Source: Spirochaetia bacterium
GTDB taxonomy: Bacteria; Spirochaetota; Spirochaetia; CAKZLE01
Direction of reading: 5' to 3'
Assembly (NCBI GenBank): GCA_963677595.1
Contig: OY782041.1
Location: forward strand, 1,504,001 to 1,568,000
DNA: 64,000 nt
Shown: piece after piece, positions 49,128-57,232 of the stretch
How the letters are laid out: each line of letters begins with the position of its first letter
How positions within the stretch are numbered: position 1 is the first letter of the stretch
Notes under the pieces: model-generated
Database searches by the model: none
Seen by the model: the letters and a program-made list of their open reading frames with translations, nothing else
Told to the model about the DNA's origin: nothing
Made by a program: the position numbers and the translations under genes

Positions 49128-51095
49128 TTAGATTAATCTCTGGGTGTGCAGTCTCTCTCTAATCACTTCCCAGATACTTGCATGCGTCCAACCAAATGCC
49201 GAAATATTATTATATGAACCTTTTGTTCCTGTCCCATAATTCCATGCTGTATGCTGTACTACTTCCGGGATACATCCCTTGAGACTGATTCCAGTAGAAT
49301 GCCCATCTCTTTCAAGAAGGCGTTCTACAATAGAATCACTGAGAAAATCTGCTTGCTTCCTAAAAAAACCATCACCTGTTTGATCTGAAAGATAGATTAA
49401 ATTCTGTGGAAGATCAAATAAGTAACAATCGATATGGTTATTCTCGACTGATACATTTCCCCATCCAGATGTTTTGAAAGATATAGAACCTAATAAAGAG
49501 TTTAAGGGTAGTGGAACATCCCAACAATAATACCAACTAAGGACATACTCTGCTGTTTTTTTTGCTGCATCCAGCCATTTACTTTCTTCTGTCATCCGGT
49601 GGAGGCAGCACAAAGCTGATAAGACAATAATTCCGGATTCCTTATCTTCACAATAAGAATCGAGTGAGGAAGAATGAAAAGCAATGTCTTTTACCATTGT
49701 CCGTAGAATGAAGTCACCAGCCAGTACCGCCCTATCAGGGTTGAAGATTGCAAGCAGGGGAACCGTTGAAGGAGTGCTAACAGTACGGTTATCTAGGGGA
49801 TTACTACTATAATCAAAAGAGAAGGGGATACTCCCCTCATTCTCATTCTTCTCAATTATTTGTATTGAACATATATTCTCGGATATTTTTCGTGCGATTT
49901 CATACCAAACTGGTTTCTTAATGCCATAACGTTCCGCCACCTTATATGCCTGATAAACAGCCAACGCACCTTCTGCTTGTCGCCGTAAAAATAATTGCTC
50001 CTGCCCTTTCCAACGCTGTTCAGAACCAATATAGCTCTCACGGAGCCAAGAGGATTCAGTTGCCGCAAGGATAAAAGAATCAATGATACTAACACCATAA
50101 TTAATATATTCCTGATGTTTATGCTCTAGACCATATTCCAGGCAAAATGCCGCATTAAGCAAGACTCTTCCTATAAAGCCCACTTCACATTCTTTTTCCC
50201 CCAGATCACTACTGAAGGTGTCCATCTCCTTTCCGACAAACCCACTGATACCGGTCTTAGTCGTAAAGAACGTTTGTGAGTAATACTGTTTCATTATTTC
50301 CATTATCTGTTGTTCAGTTAACGTTCTGTCAGGAGGATTATGTGCATAGAGTTTTTCAGCCACTCTGTTTATCCAATTCAGCTGGTCATATTCAGTAATC
50401 TTTTCATCAACTCTCAATGCACAGACTGTGATTTCCAGGGTTAAGTGTTCCCCCTTTTTCAGCTGCATTTTGCAGATGACTGGTTCCGAGAAGGTGTGTT
50501 TGCTCACATAAGATTCTGGCATCTCACGATATGGTCTTCGATACCCTATGCATCGCTGCTTCTTGTCTTCACACAAAGAAAAACTTCCAATCTGCATCTG
50601 ATCAGGAGAAACCACAGAAGCCAAACTCTCATCTTTTTCTGGTAATCTGGTGTCAAATAATGCAATCAAAGCTGAATCCGTAAGAGCACTTACAACTGGG
50701 ATACTCAACCTATCTTCTCTGAAAGACCAGCAGTTACTCATTCTCTTTGATGGAGCAGAAGCTTTTGTAAACCTGTTCCCCCAATACCATAGCCCCGGAG
50801 ATAATGTTTGGAATCGTTCAGTTGATGCTGGTACAGCCTCGACCCGTACTGCCGTCTGTATCCCATCACCTTCCAGTACAACTGAAAACATATGAAAGGT
50901 CCCAAGATCGTCTGTTTTCTCCGACTGCTTGAGTTCTACAGATATCTCAAGATCTTCTATTGATGATACAGCTTTATTCAGATCATAGAGCTGAATATAC
51001 ACATACAAACTACCCCAATAGTAATCTCTTTTTCTGAGTAAAATCTCCTGCACTGGTTTTATCTTATTGCTATCTTTTAACACCACGTTCGTCAT
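49128..51095 (-). CDS. Uncharacterised 655-aa protein, putative glycoside hydrolase ((alpha/alpha)-barrel-like C-terminus)
   Basis: Last gene of the sugar ABC operon, ATGA-coupled to the GH1-like gene; motifs EVGFIGRVLLNA, SSLDSYCEDKES, GWGNVSVENNHID, PEVVQHT. Confidence 0.6.
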   Translation of the reverse strand: MTNVVLKDSNKIKPVQEILLRKRDYYWGSLYVYIQLYDLNKAVSSIEDLEISVELKQSEKTDDLGTFHMFSVVLEGDGIQTAVRVEAVPASTERFQTLSPGLWYWGNRFTKASAPSKRMSNCWSFREDRLSIPVVSALTDSALIALFDTRLPEKDESLASVVSPDQMQIGSFSLCEDKKQRCIGYRRPYREMPESYVSKHTFSEPVICKMQLKKGEHLTLEITVCALRVDEKITEYDQLNWINRVAEKLYAHNPPDRTLTEQQIMEIMKQYYSQTFFTTKTGISGFVGKEMDTFSSDLGEKECEVGFIGRVLLNAAFCLEYGLEHKHQEYINYGVSIIDSFILAATESSWLRESYIGSEQRWKGQEQLFLRRQAEGALAVYQAYKVAERYGIKKPVWYEIARKISENICSIQIIEKNENEGSIPFSFDYSSNPLDNRTVSTPSTVPLLAIFNPDRAVLAGDFILRTMVKDIAFHSSSLDSYCEDKESGIIVLSALCCLHRMTEESKWLDAAKKTAEYVLSWYYCWDVPLPLNSLLGSISFKTSGWGNVSVENNHIDCYLFDLPQNLIYLSDQTGDGFFRKQADFLSDSIVERLLERDGHSTGISLKGCIPEVVQHTAWNYGTGTKGSYNNISAFGWTHASIWEVIRERLHTQRLI

Positions 51096-52294
51096 TCCCC
51101 AAAGTGATCGTTGATGAGCGATGTGTATTTCATCTCTACCGGATTTGCATCAGTATTCGATCTGTCAATATCCCATATTCCCAGATGTATGGGGAATTCA
51201 TCAGGTGTACCAGGCATAATCTGATAAGACCAGTCAATCATGTCGATAGCAGGGAACCAGGTATACCCGGCTATATCGACGGAATCTTTCTTTAGCTCCT
51301 TCAATACAGCTATAGACTCATCAAGCCACTTGCATTTCAGACTATCTGATCCTTTGACGCTTGTCTCAGTTACCATAAGCGGTATCTGATACTGATCCCA
51401 ATACCTTTTTACAAGGTCTGAGAATTCTTCTGATGAGACCTCAAAAGGTATTAAATTCCAATTCGATTCATTTCCTACAATTTCTGATATTGAAAATTGT
51501 GGATAGAAATTCAATCCCATGATATCAACAGCAGCAGGTTTCTGGGCAATACCAGTCAGATCTTCTTTTGAAATCCCGCTTTCCAGCAACCATGGATATA
51601 ATTGATGTTCTTCGGTAACAGAACCCAGGATCAGGTCCCAATACAGTGTTTGCAGCGCATTGTTCCAGCTGTCGATCTTTTTCAAACGAGGATTCTGTGT
51701 AAAACTGGCAGTTGCAACTTCTACGTGAATATTTGTGTTTCCAGCATCCCGAATATCATGCGAACAGGGGATAACACCCTTAACGATCTGTACCATAATC
51801 TTTGCGAATGAAGCATAATCACTCCCGTAAGGAGGCCATTGCCCTTTAGGTCCACAGAAAAGGGCTGCCGTGTAGGGTTCGTTATTCGGAGTATACATTG
51901 ACACCCTGTCTGCAAAAGTTTCCAGTGTTGCCTGTGTGTATTCTCTGATGTATTGGGGATAGTCAGGATGCAAAAATGATCCTTCCATCCAGTCAGGAGT
52001 TCCATAATGTACCAGGTCCAGGATAGGTTCTACTCCCTTTCCCAACATATAATCCACAACCCGTTCCGGCCAGCTAAAATCAAAGTCCCCTCTATTCTTC
52101 TCAATACGATACCAGGGTATACCCCAGCGCATCGCTGAGATTCCAGTCCCGGTCAACAGATCAATATCTTCTTTCCATCTACGATAATGATCGGTCAGTT
52201 CATATTCATCGAGAGTCTTGCCAAGTAATGGGTTCTTTGCATGTATGAATGTATCTTCTATCCCTAAAGCCCAAATCCAAGGTAATTTAGACAT
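51092..52294 (-). CDS. GH1-like (clan GH-A) glycosidase
   Basis: HYxRWKEDIDL, RWGIPWYRIE, DLVHYGTPDW, acid/base NEP, nucleophile VTETS, GYTWFP. Confidence 0.85.
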   Translation of the reverse strand: MSKLPWIWALGIEDTFIHAKNPLLGKTLDEYELTDHYRRWKEDIDLLTGTGISAMRWGIPWYRIEKNRGDFDFSWPERVVDYMLGKGVEPILDLVHYGTPDWMEGSFLHPDYPQYIREYTQATLETFADRVSMYTPNNEPYTAALFCGPKGQWPPYGSDYASFAKIMVQIVKGVIPCSHDIRDAGNTNIHVEVATASFTQNPRLKKIDSWNNALQTLYWDLILGSVTEEHQLYPWLLESGISKEDLTGIAQKPAAVDIMGLNFYPQFSISEIVGNESNWNLIPFEVSSEEFSDLVKRYWDQYQIPLMVTETSVKGSDSLKCKWLDESIAVLKELKKDSVDIAGYTWFPAIDMIDWSYQIMPGTPDEFPIHLGIWDIDRSNTDANPVEMKYTSLINDHFGE

Positions 52295-52313
52295 ACTATT
52301 CTCCTTTTGTTGA

Positions 52314-53141
52314 TCAACCTTTCAAGCCACTTATAGCGACACCTTTAATGAATGTCTTCTGAGCAGAAAGATAAAAAATTAAGATTGGTAATATTGAGAG
52401 AACTGCACCAGCCATAATCGGACCATGCTCCATGACATGCTCTCCGGTAAAAAGAGCTAACCCGACCGGTAACGTCCTCATTTCTGTAGAGTTCGTGATA
52501 ATAAGAGGCCAGAGAAAATCATTCCAGTTATACATGAAATGAAATACTCCTAGTGTTGATAAAGCGGTTGTCGTCAACGGTAAAGCAATCCTGATATAGA
52601 TAGAGAACTCACTCAACCCTTCCATCCTAGCTGAATCCAGCAGATCATCAGGTATAGAGATGAAGAACTGCCTCATCATATAGATACCAAATGCATTGGT
52701 AATTCTCGGAAGCATCATCCCCCAGAATGTATCAAGCCCATGCAGATGAAAGATCATCAGGTACAATGGAATCATGATGATCTGAAAAGGGATCATCAAA
52801 GTAGCCAGAATCATAATAAAGACAAAATTCGATCCTCGGAAACGCAGTTTTGCAAATGCATATCCAGCCATGCTGTCGAAGAAGAGCGATATCAACGTGA
52901 CTCCCCCGGCAAATATGACTGAGTTCCGAAAGAACGTGAGGAATGGTATAGCACTCAATACAAGTCCGTACTGCTCCATTGTCCAAACCCTGGGCAGTAA
53001 GCGTGAAGGCTCTCCTATGATTGAAGATTCAGGTTTGAATGATGTTAAGGACATCCAAAGAATGGGGTATATTGAAACAATCACCAAAAAAATTAGTAAG
53101 ATTAACAACACCGGATACATACCTGTATATTTTTTCTTCAT
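52314..53141 (-). CDS. Carbohydrate ABC transporter permease (MalG-like)
   Basis: MAGYAFAKLRF, DSARMEG (EAA-like loop), WNDFLWPLI, TLPVGL. Confidence 0.92.
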   Translation of the reverse strand: MKKKYTGMYPVLLILLIFLVIVSIYPILWMSLTSFKPESSIIGEPSRLLPRVWTMEQYGLVLSAIPFLTFFRNSVIFAGGVTLISLFFDSMAGYAFAKLRFRGSNFVFIMILATLMIPFQIIMIPLYLMIFHLHGLDTFWGMMLPRITNAFGIYMMRQFFISIPDDLLDSARMEGLSEFSIYIRIALPLTTTALSTLGVFHFMYNWNDFLWPLIITNSTEMRTLPVGLALFTGEHVMEHGPIMAGAVLSILPILIFYLSAQKTFIKGVAISGLKG

Positions 53142-53142
53142 C

Positions 53143-54066
53143 TTAGAACTCCTGTTTCCGGAACTGTACTATCTGAAAGATTGTAACGATAAGGATCATG
53201 CAGAAAAGCAAACATGACAGTGCAGAAGCATACCCTGTCCTGAACAGGTTAAATCCGTTATAGTAGATGTAATAGACAAGAACCTCAGTGGAAAACAACG
53301 GCCCACCTTTGGTTAATACATATATCTGATCAAAGACCTGGAAGGAACTGATCAGGTTGGTGACCAGAACAAACGATAGTGAAGGCAGCAGGTTCGGCAG
53401 TGCTATTGAGAAAAAACTCCGTACGCTTCCTGCCCCATCAATAGCTGCAGCTTCATAGTAGGTGTTCGGGATGTTTTTCAATCCAGCTAGCAGGATAACC
53501 ATGTTAAAACCTACGGACTTCCAGAGACTAATCAATATAACGGTTGGCATAGCTCGATCTGTATCCTGTAACAGTGAGATTGAAGGAACTCCAAACTTCT
53601 CAAGAAATGCAAATATAATACCTACATTTGGATCAAGGATAAAACGCCATCCTATCGCGACTATCGACATCGAGGTTATCGCCGGCAGGAAAAGAAAGGA
53701 TTGAAAAATCTTCTCCTGCCTGCCGGAAATACTGTCTATTGCGACTGCTATAGATAATGAAATAACAACTAAAAGGGGAACATACAGACCGGTAAAATAC
53801 CATGTTTGTTTCACAGCATTGTAAAACCGATCTGTCTGAAAAGCTTCTCGATAATTTGCCAGACCTGCAAAATCCTGAGTGTTTTTCAGCAGGTTTGCAT
53901 CAAATAGACTGAGATAGCCTGAATTCAAGATCGGATATATCACAAAGATGCCTAACACAAGCAGACTCGGCAGTACCATGAAAAATCCACTTCGTGCAAT
54001 GTTTTTTTCAAGACTGAATGTCTGCTTCCTAAAGCCCATACTCATACTTGTTCCCCTTTTTATCAT
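53143..54066 (-). CDS. Carbohydrate ABC transporter permease (MalF-like)
   Basis: GLANY, WKSVGFNMVILLAGL, YEAAAIDGA, FQVFDQIYVLTKGGP. Confidence 0.92.
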   Translation of the reverse strand: MIKRGTSMSMGFRKQTFSLEKNIARSGFFMVLPSLLVLGIFVIYPILNSGYLSLFDANLLKNTQDFAGLANYREAFQTDRFYNAVKQTWYFTGLYVPLLVVISLSIAVAIDSISGRQEKIFQSFLFLPAITSMSIVAIGWRFILDPNVGIIFAFLEKFGVPSISLLQDTDRAMPTVILISLWKSVGFNMVILLAGLKNIPNTYYEAAAIDGAGSVRSFFSIALPNLLPSLSFVLVTNLISSFQVFDQIYVLTKGGPLFSTEVLVYYIYYNGFNLFRTGYASALSCLLFCMILIVTIFQIVQFRKQEF

Positions 54067-54071
54067 ATAAC

Positions 54072-55337
54072 CTAATCTGCCAGTATCTCAGCCAGCCGTG
54101 CATGAGCATCAGTTAGGGCCTGCCGTGGAGTCTTCAGGGATCGTGTTACCTCTTCAAACAGCGGAGTGAGAACCTCTTCTTCAATCTGTGAGGCTTTTAT
54201 CTGACCTGACAGATATGTTTTTGCAAATGCAGCAGATTCTATAAAGAACTTAAGATCCTCATTTGTTGCCAACTCTCCAGTAGTCGCATCTAAATCAGTA
54301 CGAGTCGGGGGAAAGGCTACAGTTGAAGCCCAATAGGTCTGCATTTCAGTACTATTCCAGTATTCCATGAATTTCCATGCCTCATCTTTAGCTTTTGAAT
54401 CAGCATTCATGACTATTACCGTATCACCACACCAGGTCATGGGGCCAATCGGCCCAGCCGGGAGTTTTGCTATTCCAAGGTCAATGCCAGCACCTCTGAA
54501 CCCGTTGATTGCCCAAGGGCCGTTCCATTCGATAGATGCTTTCCCTGCAGCAAATAGATTATCCGCTTCCTGACCTGTCAATCCTAAAGGGGATACCGTA
54601 TCATTAGCAAAAGCTTTCTGGACAAATTCCATTGCAGCAAGGGCTTCCGGGGTATTGAGGCCGCTCATCCCATCAGCAGTCACAATATCAGCACCATATG
54701 CCCAGAGAATAACCGGAAGCATAGGGACTGTTGCCTTTACACCAAAAGCCTGAGGATACACCTCAACGCCTGATGCATTCTTCTGCAGTAAAGCCTTCCA
54801 GACTTCCTCCAGTTCAGCATAATCTGCAGGAGGGTTTTCCGGATCCAAGCCTGCCTGTCGGAAATGGTCCTTATTATAATACATGACCATTGAGGCAAAT
54901 CCCATAGGTACTCCATAGATTGACCCCTCAAAACTTGCTCCATCCAGAAGCCCCGCTACCAGATTGTCCTTACTGATTTCACTGCTTGAAGCCAGATAAT
55001 CATCAAGTTTCTGCAAACGACCTGCATCTGCATATTCAGGGACTCTTGAGATTGAATATCCTATGATATCGGGCCCATTACCTGCTACCAAAGCTGACAT
55101 CAGCTTCTGATATAGAGAATCCCATGGCATGATTTCCATCTTGATCTGTATATCATCATGGCTTTCATTGAATGTTGCTACTATCTGCTCCACTGCTGGT
55201 CTATCTGGTCCTGTATAACCATTCCAGAATACAACTTCAGTTACTGAACTCTCTTCTTTTTGTCCCTGAGCCCACACACATGCCATTGTTGAAAGCAGAA
55301 TCATCAGAATCATCATTCCAATTCTAATCCGTTTCAT
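54072..55337 (-). CDS. Carbohydrate ABC transporter substrate-binding protein
   Basis: Spirochete-like WAQGQKE N-terminus, FWNGYTGPD, MYYNKD, FAAGKAS, NGPW, AWKFMEY. Confidence 0.92.
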   Translation of the reverse strand: MKRIRIGMMILMILLSTMACVWAQGQKEESSVTEVVFWNGYTGPDRPAVEQIVATFNESHDDIQIKMEIMPWDSLYQKLMSALVAGNGPDIIGYSISRVPEYADAGRLQKLDDYLASSSEISKDNLVAGLLDGASFEGSIYGVPMGFASMVMYYNKDHFRQAGLDPENPPADYAELEEVWKALLQKNASGVEVYPQAFGVKATVPMLPVILWAYGADIVTADGMSGLNTPEALAAMEFVQKAFANDTVSPLGLTGQEADNLFAAGKASIEWNGPWAINGFRGAGIDLGIAKLPAGPIGPMTWCGDTVIVMNADSKAKDEAWKFMEYWNSTEMQTYWASTVAFPPTRTDLDATTGELATNEDLKFFIESAAFAKTYLSGQIKASQIEEEVLTPLFEEVTRSLKTPRQALTDAHARLAEILAD

Positions 55338-55350
55338 ATCTCCTCCTATA

Positions 55351-55481
55351 TATCCATATTTCTGGATATTTTAAATTTGTTTATTATATTATTATGATAT
55401 GTATCACTTGTCAAGAAAACTATATCAAATATTTTGAATAGTTACGACTGTTTTCCTTGTTTATATCATGTTTTTTTGATA
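55351..55481. promoter_or_regulatory. Divergent promoter region with four TATC-N10-GATA-like boxes and a TTGACA-N17-TAATAT promoter (minus strand)
   Basis: Boxes start at 55351, 55382, 55423 and 55464; TGTCAA at 55409-55414. Confidence 0.6.
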
Positions 55482-55491
55482 TTCTTAGTCC

Positions 55492-56430
55492 ATGAATACT
55501 GAACAACCCAAAATATTAGTCAAAGACCTCCATGATTCTGGTGTGATCATCAAAGCAATGAATTCAGAATTACGAAGAAGCATACTCGGACTTCTGATAA
55601 AGCAGGCTTTGAATATTAATGAAATTGCTGAAGCACTTGATATACCACAATCCACCTGTGCAACTAATGTAAAAATGCTGGAAGAGGCTGGCATTCTGAC
55701 TGTCCAACAGCTGCCAGCCAAGAAAGGCTCTCAGAAGGTGTGTTCCGTTTCATGCAGTGAGATCGTCATACAGCTTTTTGATGTTAAGAGTAAAGAGATC
55801 TCAAACTCCATTGAGACCGAAATGCCTATCGGTATGTATACAAATTATCAGGTCTCGCCGCCATGCGGGTTAGTTTCGGATACTTCAGTTATTGGGTTCT
55901 ATGATAATACTAATTCCTTTCTGGACCCTCATAGGGCACATGCTCAACTCATCTGGTTCAAAGATGGTTTTCTGGAGTATCGGTTCCCCATCAACACTCC
56001 TGCCCGTAGAAAGATAAGCGGGGTATCTGTCATAGCTGAGGTCTGTTCAGAGTTCCCCGGTTATAATAGTCATTGGCCATCTGATATCACCGTTTGGATA
56101 AATTCATCAGAAATTGGAACGTGGACCAGTCCAGGTGATATGGGAGGAGAACGAGGCATCCTCACCCCAGACTGGTGGAGCAGTAGAGACACTCAATATG
56201 GTTTCAAGAAGACCTGGAATGTCACTTCGGAAGGATCATTCATTGATGGTGTCAATTCGAATAATGTTACCTTGATGGATCTTGAGTTAGAACATTGTGA
56301 ACATATCACAATACGTTTTGGGATCAAAGATTCAGCCGAAAATCGCGGCGGTTTAAATCTTTTTGGGAAAACTTTCGGTAATTATGATAATGATATTATT
56401 TTAAGGCTGGATTTAGAAAATTCAGATTAA
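55492..56430 (+). CDS. ArsR-type HTH regulator with C-terminal effector domain (COG4189-like)
   Basis: LNINEIAEALDIPQST HTH, GSQKVC, EMPIG, PPCGL, SEFPG, WPSDI, WTSPGD, TQYG, GGLNLFG. Confidence 0.85.
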   Translation: MNTEQPKILVKDLHDSGVIIKAMNSELRRSILGLLIKQALNINEIAEALDIPQSTCATNVKMLEEAGILTVQQLPAKKGSQKVCSVSCSEIVIQLFDVKSKEISNSIETEMPIGMYTNYQVSPPCGLVSDTSVIGFYDNTNSFLDPHRAHAQLIWFKDGFLEYRFPINTPARRKISGVSVIAEVCSEFPGYNSHWPSDITVWINSSEIGTWTSPGDMGGERGILTPDWWSSRDTQYGFKKTWNVTSEGSFIDGVNSNNVTLMDLELEHCEHITIRFGIKDSAENRGGLNLFGKTFGNYDNDIILRLDLENSD

Positions 56431-56582
56431 TTCTTTGGTGCTGACAGACTATGATACATGCCTCGTGGTAAGTGAATATTCGAATACTTGCGCACCCTCG
56501 CAAATACAGCACCTCCAATCTCACAAGTTATCTCAATTGAGAATTGGTTATAGGTTAAATCCTATTTGTTTCCATCCAAGGA

Positions 56583-56707
56583 CCTGATCGTCACCTGTGA
56601 ATACTACAAGACCGGGCTCTCCGCATCATTCAGGGCTGTCATGCCGGCTGCTGCCGCCATGCTCGTTGTCGCATACCTCTATATGCAGCTGCTCACGTTC
56701 CTGTTCT
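56583..56707 (+). repeat. Direct repeat, right copy (orphan 3' end of the DUF401 gene, ending in its own TAG)
   Basis: 122/125 identical to 48956-49080. Confidence 0.95.
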
Positions 56708-56745
56708 AGAGGAGATCTGTGAAGAATGTATCTCTAGGGACACCA

Positions 56746-56781
56746 TTGACTTTTCGGTAACACAACATTATTGTTGTGTTA
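56746..56781 (+). promoter_or_regulatory. Sigma70-like promoter overlapped by a 10-bp inverted-repeat operator; leaderless start
   Basis: TTGACT(56746)-N17-TATTGT(56769); TAACACAACA-TTAT-TGTTGTGTTA at 56758-56781; ATG at 56781. Confidence 0.7.
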
Positions 56782-57232
56782 TGATACCAGCCTTAATTCA
56801 TCAACCTGGAGCTCCTTGGAAGAATTCGGGTCAGCTTTTGCGGTGAATCCCCTACGGAGGAATCAGTATAGGGACTGCTAAGGGCATTACTGCTATTACA
56901 ACGGGCTGGATGTCAGACTGTGTATGTAGATGGCAGTTATGTCACAGAGAAACCTGATCCTGGAGACTACGATGCATGTTGGGCTTCAGCAGGGTGGACG
57001 GGATACGCTTGATCCTGTCTTCCTTGATTTCGCTGACCTGAGAAAGAACCAGAAATCCAGGTTCGAGGGAGAATTCTTCCCCGCTGAATGCAGGGCAGAT
57101 CAACATGGCCGAACTTTCATTGATTTCTTTCAAGTTGAAAAATATACTGGAGCCAAGAAAGGGATTATTGAGATAGTGTTATCCAAAGAAGATATCATGT
57201 CACAGCTGGAGGTATGGTATGATTCTCAATGA
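56781..57232 (+). pseudogene. Frameshifted Pol-beta-type nucleotidyltransferase (DUF6932-like), putative toxin
   Basis: Four consecutive segments joined by frameshifts: MIPALIHQPGAPWK / LEEFGSAFAVNPLRRNQY / GLLRALLLLQRAGCQTVYVDGSYVTEKPDPGDYDACW / DTLDPVFLDFADLRKNQKSRFEGEFFP...KKGIIEI. Confidence 0.75.

Larger units (their letters stand above)
49081..56707. mobile_element. AT-rich genomic islet (sugar utilisation) flanked by direct repeats; no integrase
   Basis: Abrupt drop in GC and change in codon usage right after 49082; 125-bp direct repeats at both ends. Confidence 0.8.

Noticed and set aside
56930-57232. 100-aa ORF as an intact gene
   Set aside because: Only its C-terminal part looks protein-like; it is the last frame of the frameshifted NTase pseudogene starting at 56781.
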